The notes under the pieces were generated by a model, which had not been told where the DNA came from, did no database searches, and was given only the letters and a program-made list of their open reading frames with translations. Below are positions 30,117-40,278 of a DNA stretch of 57,512 bases, piece by piece (positions within the stretch are counted from its first letter, which is position 1; every line of letters begins with the position of its first letter). Source of the stretch: Fidelibacterota bacterium. Its GTDB lineage: Bacteria > Fidelibacterota > Fidelibacteria > Fidelibacterales > DSDE01. The translations under genes were made by a program, and so were the position numbers. The DNA is taken from NCBI GenBank assembly GCA_046735395.1, contig JBJKQR010000042.1, positions 1 to 57,512 of the forward strand, in the 5' to 3' direction.

Positions 30117-32867
30117 TCAGCTATCTGCAGACTTATCAACTTGTTTATCAAGAACTTTACGGATGAGGATCGCAATACTTTTCGGTGCGATCGGCTTCAG
30201 GGCAAATTCACTGATACCCTGTTTCTTTGCGGATTGTTCATCAACCAGATTACTATATCCAGTACAGAGAATAACGGGCATATCCGGCCGCAACTGAAGA
30301 ATCCGTTTCGCAAGTTCGATCCCAGTCATACCGGGCATTGTCTGGTCACTGATAACCAGGTCAAACTGATCCGGTTGATTCTGAAATGTCGTCCAGGCTT
30401 CCATGCCGTTCATCCTGACTGTCACAGTATAACCAAGAGGTTCCAGCATGTCCCTGCCGAGTTCACCCAGCATTTCCTCATCATCGACGAAGAGGATTCT
30501 CTCCTTTCCATGCGGCATTTGAGAATCCGGCTCGGCTGATGATTCAGCGTCTTCATTGCTTACCGGAAAATACACGCGGAAAATGGTTCCTACTCCCACT
30601 TCGCTTTCGACGGTAATGGTTCCCTTGTAATCATTAATAATTCCATGTACGATGGACAACCCCATCCCTGTGCCGCGGCCTGCCTCTTTCGTTGTAAAAT
30701 ACGGATCAAATATCTTGTCGATGATATCAGGTGCAATGCCGCATCCCGTATCGGAAACGGCCAGCTCCACATAATCACCGGAAGTCAGATGCAGATCATG
30801 CAGTCGCCGTGTGTTTTCAAACGAAATATTCCTGAGCGTCACCATCAGTGTACCGCCACGATCGCCCATGGCGTGATAGGCGTTCGTGCACAGATTCATG
30901 ATAATCTGGTGCACCTGAGTCGGATCAACCAGAACAACCCCGCACCGTGAGTCGATGTCATCCTGAATCGAGATCGTGGTCGGCAGTGAGGAACGCAGCA
31001 TTTTCAGCGATTCCTTGATGAGGGACTGAAGCTGCAAGGGGATTCGCACCACTTCGGACTGCCGGCTGAAGGCAAGAATCTGCTTGACAAGATCCTTTGC
31101 CCGGTTGGCGCCGATCAGCATATTCTCCAGGTGTCCCTTTAGTTTCGAACCTGCCTGTGCTTCCTTGTCAGCCAATCCGGCATACCCGATAATGACTGCT
31201 AGAATATTATTGAAATCATGGGCTATCCCCCCTGCCAGTGTTCCGACAGCCTCCATCTTGTGGGCTTGCTGCAGCCGTTTTTCTAGCCGTGCTTTGTCTT
31301 CCTCCGATTTCTTTCTGCTGCTGATGTCCTCACCAATGGCCTGATAGGCGAAGATCTTGCCCTGCTCATCGAAAATGGCCCGAGTCGTCCAGCGGTGCCA
31401 GAACAGTTCCTTTTCGGTTCCGATCATCCGGTACTCAAGACTTATGGACGGCACGGTGACCGTGAGTTCAGAAATAGCGGATTGTACTTTTTCTCGGTCT
31501 TCTTCGGCAATATGTGTAAAAAAGGATTTTCCGATCAGATCCGGCTCCCCATTACTGAAAAAGCGATGAAAGCTGTCATTTACATATATCATCTCTCCAT
31601 CCTGACGGAAGCGGCAGATGAACACCGGCATGTCCTCTGCAATTCTGCGGTATCTCTCTTCGCTCTCACGCAGAGCTTCTTCTGCATGCTGCCGTTTACC
31701 GACCATCAGATTGAAGGCGGAAGATAACTCACCCAGTTCATCATTACTGGTAACAGGTACGGATACATCCATTTCTCCGGCGGCGAGGCGCTTCACGCTT
31801 CCGATCATCATATTCAGCGGATTTGTGATGCTGCGGTCGAGTAAATAGATGATGACTACACTGAAAAGAATCAGAAGCAGAGCGACTTCAAAGATATCCT
31901 TCTGCAGTTTTCGATAGGGTTCCAGTACCTCATCAAGCTGGTGAGAAATAACCAGAGTCCATTCGAATCCCTGAAAGAACTTATATCCTTTCGAATGGGT
32001 CGATACATACAGTGCCGCTTGCGGCTTTCCCGTAATAAAATGGCCGTCTTCATCCTCAATATGTTGCACAAAGTCAATATCACTGATATCTTCAAGAAAT
32101 TTATGTGGTTTGGTCGAATAGACAAGTCTGCCATCGTGGGTCAGAATATAGATATCGGTGGAATTATATTTACGCATTCCGACTTCCGCCTCTCGAACGA
32201 GGCCCTTTACATCAAATTCAGCTTCAATGACCCCCAGGAACCGGCCTTTTTCATCCGTGACACGAAATGCGACCTTTATTCCATAGCTCGCGCTGTCTTC
32301 ATCATAGTCGATTCGCCCGATATACACGCCTTTTTCCCGGGCTTCCTGCCACCAATAGTTGCCTCCCTGATAATAATTTGCCACGCTGCCGGAGGATGCG
32401 ATAACCGCTCCGTAGGTATTGGTCGCGATAATGGAACGAATGAATCCGACCCCGTACTCCTTGCTGAAGCGGGCGATGAATACTTCCCGCAGATGATGGG
32501 CGATCCCATTATTCAAGACAGACTTCATGAGCTGTGCCGGCATTTTTCCGGATGAGGATATCCAGGCTGCATCGGTTTGAAGAACATATTCCTTCGCATC
32601 AGGCATATTATTGAAGCGTCTGTTGGAAGAAATGAAGTACTCTTGTACGTAACTGCTCTGGGATTCAATCTGCAACTGGCCTACCAGATAGAAAATCCGC
32701 TGATTCATGCGCATGAACATTTCCTCAGAAAGCAGGTGGGAATGCTGCACCACATCGTCCAGATATATTTTCTGAGTCACACGCGTGGCGAAGTAGGTCA
32801 GGCCGATCATGGCCATAAATATTACGGCATAAGATGCCGCCAGTTTTGTTCTTACGGGAATTCGCAT
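30117..32867 (-). CDS. Hybrid histidine kinase (Cache-like-HAMP-PAS-HisKA-HATPase-REC)
   Basis: Two TM segments around a periplasmic domain; HAMP (DELGEL..FN); AHDFNN; NLCTNA; PYFTTK..GTGMGL; receiver. Confidence 0.92.
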   Translation of the reverse strand: MRIPVRTKLAASYAVIFMAMIGLTYFATRVTQKIYLDDVVQHSHLLSEEMFMRMNQRIFYLVGQLQIESQSSYVQEYFISSNRRFNNMPDAKEYVLQTDAAWISSSGKMPAQLMKSVLNNGIAHHLREVFIARFSKEYGVGFIRSIIATNTYGAVIASSGSVANYYQGGNYWWQEAREKGVYIGRIDYDEDSASYGIKVAFRVTDEKGRFLGVIEAEFDVKGLVREAEVGMRKYNSTDIYILTHDGRLVYSTKPHKFLEDISDIDFVQHIEDEDGHFITGKPQAALYVSTHSKGYKFFQGFEWTLVISHQLDEVLEPYRKLQKDIFEVALLLILFSVVIIYLLDRSITNPLNMMIGSVKRLAAGEMDVSVPVTSNDELGELSSAFNLMVGKRQHAEEALRESEERYRRIAEDMPVFICRFRQDGEMIYVNDSFHRFFSNGEPDLIGKSFFTHIAEEDREKVQSAISELTVTVPSISLEYRMIGTEKELFWHRWTTRAIFDEQGKIFAYQAIGEDISSRKKSEEDKARLEKRLQQAHKMEAVGTLAGGIAHDFNNILAVIIGYAGLADKEAQAGSKLKGHLENMLIGANRAKDLVKQILAFSRQSEVVRIPLQLQSLIKESLKMLRSSLPTTISIQDDIDSRCGVVLVDPTQVHQIIMNLCTNAYHAMGDRGGTLMVTLRNISFENTRRLHDLHLTSGDYVELAVSDTGCGIAPDIIDKIFDPYFTTKEAGRGTGMGLSIVHGIINDYKGTITVESEVGVGTIFRVYFPVSNEDAESSAEPDSQMPHGKERILFVDDEEMLGELGRDMLEPLGYTVTVRMNGMEAWTTFQNQPDQFDLVISDQTMPGMTGIELAKRILQLRPDMPVILCTGYSNLVDEQSAKKQGISEFALKPIAPKSIAILIRKVLDKQVDKSADS

Positions 32868-32914
32868 TGTTTCTCAGTTATTCCTTACCCGGACTGCCAA
32901 TTGCAGGCCCGGTG

Positions 32915-34003
32915 TTACTGCAGATATTGGACGGATCCGTTGACAATACGCGCCGGATACAGCGGGATGGGAATATCATGTTCGCCATCCTTCTTTTCAA
33001 TAAAACCAAAAACGCCGGGATAGGAGAATTCCTCATCAAGCAGCCTTCTCACGTTATCCCGGGTCAGTGTCTGCCCTTCCAGTAAGCCGGCAACAATCTT
33101 TATCATATCATAGCCGTTGGCGGCCTGGTGCCCGAAGGGTTTGCCCAGCTTGGCTTCGTAATGGTCCTTCACTTCCCTGGCCAACACATAACTCGGATTA
33201 TAAATAATGGAGGCGGCTACGTATATATCATTCAGATCCGGCATAATGATGGGTAAGGCAGCGCCCCCTGAATAGCACAATATATAGCCCTTGTAGCCGC
33301 TTCCCTGAAGCTGCCGGATTGCGGCTGCCACATTGTTACGAAATCCGACGAGATAGATGGCCTCGTTTCCCATCAATGAGGGGACGATCTGGGAAAAATC
33401 AACTGATTTTGAGCCGAAAGGAACGCTGATGACCTGTCCGCCCGTCTGTTCAAACTCCCGCTTGAATTCTATATTATGCGGAGTTCCGAATGAATCATCC
33501 TGATAAAGAATAGTCAGTTGCTTCACCTGCAGCCGGTCCAGAATTTTCATGATCGGCTGTGCTTCTTCTCTGGGCGAGGAATAATATCTGAACACCCATT
33601 TCCGGTCTTTGGTCAAATCGGGATTGCCGACTGCCGGACAGGCGAGAACGACTCCGGCTTTTTCCGCCAGCGGTGCAATGGCTAAAGACATATCACTGGT
33701 TGTGGATAGAAAAAACAGGGGATGGACCTGATCTTCCAATTGACGGAATGCCTCTTTTGCAACGTTCGTATCTGTTTTACTGTCCACGACGATGAGATCA
33801 AGCTTCCGCCCGTTTATTCCGCCTGCTGCATTGATATCTTCAACCGCAAGCTGCATTGCCTCGGAAAAGAGAACATGGTGCTTTGCGGCTCCGGACAAAG
33901 GAATGATCGCACCGATTTTAATGGGTTCCTGTTTCTTTGTACAGGTTGTCAGCCCCATACCGAATAGGATGATACACAGAATCCCAAATACAAATCTTCG
34001 CAT
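32915..34003 (-). CDS. Type 1 periplasmic solute-binding lipoprotein (LivK/LivJ-like)
   Basis: IKIGAIIPLSG..AVEDINAAGGINGRKL..D; start 34003 has GGAGG RBS and a lipobox-like LTTC. Confidence 0.85.
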   Translation of the reverse strand: MRRFVFGILCIILFGMGLTTCTKKQEPIKIGAIIPLSGAAKHHVLFSEAMQLAVEDINAAGGINGRKLDLIVVDSKTDTNVAKEAFRQLEDQVHPLFFLSTTSDMSLAIAPLAEKAGVVLACPAVGNPDLTKDRKWVFRYYSSPREEAQPIMKILDRLQVKQLTILYQDDSFGTPHNIEFKREFEQTGGQVISVPFGSKSVDFSQIVPSLMGNEAIYLVGFRNNVAAAIRQLQGSGYKGYILCYSGGAALPIIMPDLNDIYVAASIIYNPSYVLAREVKDHYEAKLGKPFGHQAANGYDMIKIVAGLLEGQTLTRDNVRRLLDEEFSYPGVFGFIEKKDGEHDIPIPLYPARIVNGSVQYLQ

Positions 34004-34397
34004 TCTGCCTCCCGACCAGCTTTTTTTCTCTGCATTATTCATGCTTAAAATATGCATCAATAACGGATCGAAGTCAAGTGTACAGTCAGCAAATAATCGT
34101 CCGTAAGTTAATGTAGCAAACTAACTTAGAGCCGCAAGAGCTTCCATCTGTACTATAATTTCACATCTAAATGATCCATACCATTGATAATATTACATAT
34201 TTGCATATCATCATTTATCCGCTCTAAATACCTTTTATATGTGTGTAAATCCTGAGTGTAAACTTTGTCACCCAGCCTGAACAAAGGCCTGAGTGTATCA
34301 TCTTCATGCCCATTCCTGCGGCTGATATCATCGGGAAAGAGTGTAGGACCTGTTCACCAATTGCAGCTTATGTGAAGGATGCCGCCGGACTCATTCA

Positions 34398-36842
34398 TTA
34401 CTCCCCTTTAATGCAGCGAAGTGAAAAACCCGCACTTTTTATGCCGTTCACGTAGCGCACGTAATCCAAATCATAACTCAGATTGAAGGCATAGGCATTC
34501 GTGGTGCCGATCTCCCTCAGCGTCCAGTACGAGACATCAGAACCCATAAACAGAAAATTTCCATAGGCACAGCGGCCTGCAGGCACGGCCGTGAAACCTG
34601 CAGCATCAATCCCGTTCCCATTATTCATCCAGCCGGTAGTACTTTTCAGGTTCTTCCCGGCCAAGGCTGTTCCCCCGACGGACTCAGTCAATTCCAGCCA
34701 GTCAGCCTGAGACGGGATGCGCCATCCGGCCGGAGCAATCTCCGCGTCAGGGAGTCCGTCACCGTCCGTATCGCCATTCACTGCGTACCAGTTATACAGG
34801 GCTCCGTACAGTTTCGCATTTGCAGTACTGTCATTATTATAAAAACACAGTGCTCCGGTTGTCAGTCCTCCCCAGGCGCTGCTGTCCGTGACATTCGGGA
34901 TGGGCCGTCCGTCGCGGTAATGGGTTACACGCAGATCTTCAGCCATCCAGACCTGATTGCCGATCGTCACGGTCCTGTATACATTTCCATCAATATCCGT
35001 CATGGTTTCATATCCTGCCGATGCATTTTCCACAATAAGCCACCTTGCCGTTGTGTCAGAAACTCCTTGTGTATCACTTACTTCCAGCCGGACAAGATAG
35101 GTGTCAGCAGCGGCAAACTGGTGCCTCGTGGTTGCTTCAGAACTCCAATCCGTATCCCACACACCGTCGGATTCGAAATCCCAGCGGAATATCAGCTGGC
35201 CGATATTATCTTCCGCATCCGATGATCCGGAGGCGTCAAAATTAAATAAAGTATCCGTATTTCCGGTTTGCGGATTGATGGAAAATGAGGCGACCGGAGA
35301 TTGATTGGGTGCATTTCCTTTAATCATCCGTACCGAGAATCCCTCTGCCTTATCCCCGAGGTAGCGGCTGATATTATCCCTGCCGGAGAAGAGATTGCGG
35401 CCCCAGGCATTGGCCCCGTCGATGGCCGTAGCCGACCAGAATATCGCATCCGTACCCAGATCGCTGAAGATCCAACCGGAATCAGAACGATGCCCCGCCG
35501 GTACAGCGCAAAACCCAGCCACATCTGTTCCGGAGCCATCATTGTCCCAGCCGCTAGCACTCTTCAGTTTCCTGCCCTCGTCCGTACCGCGCCAGTCCGC
35601 CCGGTCTGATGTATCCGGATCCATTCCCAGAAACTGTTCAAGTGTTTTCCAATCATCATCTGTTGCCACGTGCCAGCCGTCCGGCGCCAGGGACCTCCCG
35701 TCGACAACCGTGTACCAGTTGTACAGGGCTCCGTATTTTTTTGCATTTGCCGTGCTGTCATTATCATAATAACAGCGAATTCCTGAATTAATCTCACCCC
35801 AGGCGCTGCCATCGAGTACATTGGGAATGGGACTTCCGTCACTGTAATGAGTCGCACGAAAATTTTCGGCCATCCAGACCTGTTTCCCGATTCTGACAGT
35901 TCGGTAGAGATTTCCGTCAATGTCCGTCACAGCACTGTAGAGTCTGATATCCAGTGTATCAGATATGTCCGAATCTGCTTCAGAGGCAGCGATGCGGAAA
36001 TCGGCAGTTGTATCCGTTTCCATGAGATATATAAATACGCTGTCAGACATGGTACTCACGTCACCGATCAACTGATAACGTGTCTTTTCGTCATTACAGA
36101 TCAGACTGTCGAGATTGATCCAAATGGAAGTCCCGGGCAGGAGACAGGAGTCCAGCCGGCTCACAACAAAATGGGGAAGAATATTTCCCTCGATTTCGCC
36201 CAGATCCGCATTTCCATTATCAATAATATTTATCTCCATGTTGAGATTGCTTACAAATTCTTTAGTAAAACTCAGCGTCAGTGAGTCAACAGCGGCCGTT
36301 TTCTTCAATTTCTCCTCAGACGGAAGCTGATTTTCTGCGATCTGCAGCCGGGTTCCGTCACCCTTGTCCAGGAGCACCATTTTTCGGGTAATTGTTCGTG
36401 AGGCAGTTCTCATTGTATAGAAATAGACACCTGCAGAAACCAGTATTCCCCGATCATTCACGCCTCCCCAGATCGCCGTGCAGGCCCCGGCTTCAAATGA
36501 TTGTGATGTGATTCTGCGGCCTAAAATATCATAAATAACAAGCATCCCCGATTCCGGTGAACTGAACATGATATGGGTGCTCGGATTAAAGGGATTGGGA
36601 TAATTCTGCTGTAATTCAAACGAAGCCGCCATTTCATTCTGCAGCCCTGTCAGATCTTCCAGATCGAAGGTAAATCCGCCGCTGCTGTCGCTTCGTGCCG
36701 TCCCCAGCACTTCTCCGCCCCGCGATATGTCAACCATCGCATCCGAAATCGGGTTTTTCTGTCTGTCTACAAAATTCCCGGTCACAGTAAAAGCGAAACC
36801 GAGTTGTACCGTTAACAAGATGATCGGGAAAATTCGTTTCAT
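34398..36842 (-). CDS. Secreted protein: NYPNPFNP sorting-type domain, FISUMP domain, PKD domain, FISUMP domain
   Basis: Two TDIDGN.Y.TV.IG.QVWMAE..YGALYNW..GFS.R domains; FDASGSSD..WDFESDG PKD; signal peptide. Confidence 0.85.
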   Translation of the reverse strand: MKRIFPIILLTVQLGFAFTVTGNFVDRQKNPISDAMVDISRGGEVLGTARSDSSGGFTFDLEDLTGLQNEMAASFELQQNYPNPFNPSTHIMFSSPESGMLVIYDILGRRITSQSFEAGACTAIWGGVNDRGILVSAGVYFYTMRTASRTITRKMVLLDKGDGTRLQIAENQLPSEEKLKKTAAVDSLTLSFTKEFVSNLNMEINIIDNGNADLGEIEGNILPHFVVSRLDSCLLPGTSIWINLDSLICNDEKTRYQLIGDVSTMSDSVFIYLMETDTTADFRIAASEADSDISDTLDIRLYSAVTDIDGNLYRTVRIGKQVWMAENFRATHYSDGSPIPNVLDGSAWGEINSGIRCYYDNDSTANAKKYGALYNWYTVVDGRSLAPDGWHVATDDDWKTLEQFLGMDPDTSDRADWRGTDEGRKLKSASGWDNDGSGTDVAGFCAVPAGHRSDSGWIFSDLGTDAIFWSATAIDGANAWGRNLFSGRDNISRYLGDKAEGFSVRMIKGNAPNQSPVASFSINPQTGNTDTLFNFDASGSSDAEDNIGQLIFRWDFESDGVWDTDWSSEATTRHQFAAADTYLVRLEVSDTQGVSDTTARWLIVENASAGYETMTDIDGNVYRTVTIGNQVWMAEDLRVTHYRDGRPIPNVTDSSAWGGLTTGALCFYNNDSTANAKLYGALYNWYAVNGDTDGDGLPDAEIAPAGWRIPSQADWLELTESVGGTALAGKNLKSTTGWMNNGNGIDAAGFTAVPAGRCAYGNFLFMGSDVSYWTLREIGTTNAYAFNLSYDLDYVRYVNGIKSAGFSLRCIKGE

Positions 36843-37088
36843 TGATCCCCTCCATAATAATTTTTAAAATCGGCAGAATATATTTAATTCAGATAGCCGT
36901 GACAAGGTAAAATATTGTACCCGAATCACTCATAAGTGAGCTATCAGATCTGCACGAACCCGGGGTTCTCCCCGTCAAATTGCTGCAATTAAGCGGGGCT
37001 CGCCAAAGCTCGCAATCCTTCCTATCCCATTTTTCCCTGGCTCCTGGCTCCTTATGCCTTTCAGCTCGCTTGCCGCGTCGAAGCTGAG

Positions 37089-37182
37089 CGAAGCGAAACG
37101 AAGACGGGCTACTCGATACTCGTTACTCATTACTCGATACTGTCGAAGTGAAACGAAGACGGGCTACTCGCTACTCGTTACT
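37089..37182. repeat. 39-bp direct repeat x2 (period 55) containing heptamer (TACTCGN) runs
   Basis: CGAAG(C/T)GAAACGAAGACGGGCTACTCG(A/C)TACTCGTTACT at 37089-37127 and 37144-37182. Confidence 0.85.
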
Positions 37183-37208
37183 ATGTACTATTTTCTCATT
37201 TACTAAAT

Positions 37209-37443
37209 AAAAGCCCCGGTCGCTGTCGAAGCGCGGGGCTTAGTTTTTCGCGGAAAGGCCGGGATTGACTGCGGTTCGCCTGCCGGCGAATCCTCGCCGC
37301 ACTACGTGTCGAACCCCGGGTTCTCATCCCGTAAATGAAAGTCCCATACCAACTCGCCACTCATACCTAATTCCTCGTATACTAAAAAAGCCCCGGTCGC
37401 TGTCGAAGCGCGGGGCTTAGTTTTTCGCGGAAAGGCCGGGATT
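37209..37443. repeat. tRNA-Ser-linked direct repeat (rtT-like), 58 bp identical, period 177
   Basis: 37209-37266 equals 37386-37443 (tRNA 3' end plus its terminator). Confidence 0.9.
37384..37418 (-). terminator. tRNA-Ser terminator (second copy at about 37207-37241)
   Basis: Minus strand AAGCCCCG...CGGGGCTTTTTT. Confidence 0.75.
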
Positions 37444-37518
37444 CGAACCCGGGGTGCAGCTTTTGACCACACACACGATTTCCAATCGTGCTCCTTCAGC
37501 CAGCTCGGACACCTTTCC
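37428..37518 (-). tRNA. tRNA-Ser(GGA)
   Basis: Acceptor GGAAAGG/CCTTTCC, anticodon arm CACGA-TT-GGA-AA-TCGTG, long variable arm, GGTTCGAATCC. Confidence 0.95.
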
Positions 37519-37695
37519 TGCTCTCAAAAAGCCGGAAATATTACGACTATTTGGGGCGACAAGCAACGGTTAATTTGCCGCCCTGCCGTGATTCAGCTCA
37601 GATTACATGGATATGCTGAAGTTTTAAGTTGAATGATTTCTTTATTTTAAATACTTTCCGGCCTTGAAATCAAAGAAAAAGGATTCCCCCATACA

Positions 37696-40068
37696 ATGAA
37701 TAAAACAATAGACAGTTACCCCATCGACACCTTGGGGCTGGATGAACCCATCGCCGTACCCCCGGTACTGAAGATCCTGCCCATCGAAGGAAATATTCCC
37801 TTCCCTCATATCATCTTTCCGGTAGTCGTCACGGAGACGAAACATATACAGCTGGTTCGTGACGCCATGGCCACCGACAATATGGTCGGTATTTTCAGTC
37901 GGAATCTGGACAGCCTGGATGATGAAGATCCCTTTGACGGCGTAAAGCAGATCGGTGTGGCCTGCACCATCCTGAAAAGTTTTGCCGGAACCGATAACAG
38001 TATCCGTATTCTTGTTCAGGGCACGCAGCGGGTACGGCTCGTGAAGATCATTCGTGACAAGCCCTATGCCACCGGGGACGTGGAAGTTCTGGAGGAAAAG
38101 AATAAGGCCAACCTGATGACGGAAGCGCTGATCCGGACCATTACAGAGCTTTTTGATCAGATCATCAGCAGTTCCCCCATCATTCCTGAAGAAATCCAGT
38201 ATGTTCTGGCCAGTATCGATGATCCCTCCAAATTATCCGATCTGGTAGTCTCCGCTCTGAATATCAGCATCAGTGACAAACAGCGGTTTCTGGAGGAGCT
38301 GGATATCAATAAGCGCCTGACCCGCCTTGTGAAGATTCTCAAAAAGGAATTGAAGCTCATTGAGCTGAATGCCAAGATTCAGGATCAGGTGGGTAATGCC
38401 ATCAACAAGAATCAGCGTGAATTTTTCCTCCGTGAGCAGCTGAAGGCCATCAAGAAGGAACTGGGTGACTTCGAGGAAGAGGATATTTCGGATATAACCG
38501 AGATCGAAGACCGGATGCAGAAGGTAAAACTCAGCGCCGAAGCAGAAGAGGCTGTGGGCAAGGAGCTGAGCCGCCTCGCTCTCATGCACCCGTCATCTCC
38601 CGAATACACGGTCAGCCGCAATTATATCGACTGGATCCTGGACCTGCCCTGGGAAAAAACAACCCGTGACAATCACAATCTGGCCAAAGCCGAGAAAATC
38701 CTCAACAAGGATCATTTCGGACTGCAGGATGTGAAGGAACGCATTCTGGAGTTTCTGGCAGTCAAACAGCTGAAAAAGGACGCAAAGAGCCCCATTCTCT
38801 GTTTTGTGGGCCCCCCCGGGGTGGGCAAGACCTCCCTCGGAAAGAGCATCGCCCGGGCCATGAACCGGAAATTTATCCGTTTTTCCGTGGGCGGCATGCA
38901 TGATGAAGCCGAGATCCGGGGACATCGCAAGACCTATATCGGCGCCATGCCCGGACGCATTATTCAATACATAAAACGGACCGGTGTCCAGAATCCGGTC
39001 ATTATGCTGGATGAAGTGGACAAGATCGGAATGGATTTCCGCGGTGACCCTTCTTCCGCACTTCTGGAAGTGCTGGATCCGGAACAGAACCTGGATTTTC
39101 GTGACAATTATCTCGAAGTGTCCTTCGATCTGTCCAAAGTCACCTTCATTGCCACCGCCAATACGACCCACACCATTCCGGACGCTCTCTATGACCGAAT
39201 GGAAACCATTGAACTTCCCGGATACATCAATCCGGAAAAGCTTGAAATCGCCAGGCGCTATCTGGTTCCACGGCAGATTGAAGAAAACGGGCTTCAGAAA
39301 TCACAGGTCGCCTTTTCCCCCGCCGCCATCGAAAAGATTATCGATGACTATACCATGGAATCCGGCGTCCGCTCTCTGGAACGGAACATCGGCAGCATCT
39401 GCCGCAAACTCGCCCGTGAATTCAGCGACAGCAGCTCAAAAACCAAGGTATCCATTACGCAGAAGCTGGTTGAGAAGCATCTGGGCCCGAAGAAGGTATT
39501 CAAGGAAAATATTCCCACACGGGATGAGATCGGTATTGTGACAGGACTGGCCTACACCAGCGCGGGCGGAGACGTCCTGCCCGTCGAAGCCACACTCATG
39601 GATGGCACCGGAGCCCAGAAAATGACCGGCCAGCTCGGCGATGTCATGAAGGAATCCGTGGAAACGGCAGTCTCATTTCTTCGCAGCAACGCAGAGAAAT
39701 ATCATATTGATAAAAAACTCTTTACAGAAAAAGATGTTCACATTCACTTCCCGGCTGCGGCTATTCCGAAGGACGGGCCTTCCGCCGGTATCACCATCAC
39801 GACAGCCCTTCTTTCCATCATGACAGGACGGAAGATCCGGCACGATCTGGCCATGACCGGTGAAATTACACTCCGGGGTCGGGTGCTGCCCATCGGAGGT
39901 GTCCGGGAAAAGGTCACGGCTGCCAAGCGCGCCAAGATATCAACCGTCATTCTCCCGGATGCAAATCGCTCCGAACTGGAAAAACTGCCGGATTACGTGA
40001 AAAAAGACATGACCATTGTTTACGTGAACAAATTTGACGATGTCGCTCATATCGCGCTCTTGAAATAA
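37696..40068 (+). CDS. lon: ATP-dependent protease La
   Basis: [36 protein letters not shown] Ser-Lys dyad. Confidence 0.97.
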   Translation: MNKTIDSYPIDTLGLDEPIAVPPVLKILPIEGNIPFPHIIFPVVVTETKHIQLVRDAMATDNMVGIFSRNLDSLDDEDPFDGVKQIGVACTILKSFAGTDNSIRILVQGTQRVRLVKIIRDKPYATGDVEVLEEKNKANLMTEALIRTITELFDQIISSSPIIPEEIQYVLASIDDPSKLSDLVVSALNISISDKQRFLEELDINKRLTRLVKILKKELKLIELNAKIQDQVGNAINKNQREFFLREQLKAIKKELGDFEEEDISDITEIEDRMQKVKLSAEAEEAVGKELSRLALMHPSSPEYTVSRNYIDWILDLPWEKTTRDNHNLAKAEKILNKDHFGLQDVKERILEFLAVKQLKKDAKSPILCFVGPPGVGKTSLGKSIARAMNRKFIRFSVGGMHDEAEIRGHRKTYIGAMPGRIIQYIKRTGVQNPVIMLDEVDKIGMDFRGDPSSALLEVLDPEQNLDFRDNYLEVSFDLSKVTFIATANTTHTIPDALYDRMETIELPGYINPEKLEIARRYLVPRQIEENGLQKSQVAFSPAAIEKIIDDYTMESGVRSLERNIGSICRKLAREFSDSSSKTKVSITQKLVEKHLGPKKVFKENIPTRDEIGIVTGLAYTSAGGDVLPVEATLMDGTGAQKMTGQLGDVMKESVETAVSFLRSNAEKYHIDKKLFTEKDVHIHFPAAAIPKDGPSAGITITTALLSIMTGRKIRHDLAMTGEITLRGRVLPIGGVREKVTAAKRAKISTVILPDANRSELEKLPDYVKKDMTIVYVNKFDDVAHIALLK

Positions 40069-40149
40069 ATAATTACCCGCCGGAAACAGCTGTTCCCTAT
40101 TTATCGGATTGATCACGCCGGCCAGGTCAGGGTAAGGCATTGACATTCA

Positions 40150-40175
40150 AAATGTTTTCAAAAATGAAAACATTT
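40150..40175. promoter_or_regulatory. Candidate operator (11-bp perfect inverted repeat)
   Basis: AAATGTTTTCA-AAAA-TGAAAACATTT, just after TTGACA (40140-40145) and ~100 bp upstream of the gene at 40279. Confidence 0.4.
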
Positions 40176-40278
40176 GAGCTTAAATCCGAATAGTGTTAAT
40201 TTAATCGTCCAAAGTTGTATTTGCCAGCTGGTGGTATTCGGCGCATATACGGCAGCGAAATTCAGGAGATTCTAAGCA

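Noticed and set aside
34398..34560. Diversity-generating retroelement variable region in the C-terminal FISUMP domain
   Set aside because: No reverse transcriptase and no adenine-variant template repeat seen in the window; a remote DGR cannot be excluded
27249..37443. Integrative island at tRNA-Ser
   Set aside because: No integrase, and the tRNA 3'-end duplicate is only 177 bp away, so it does not bracket these genes
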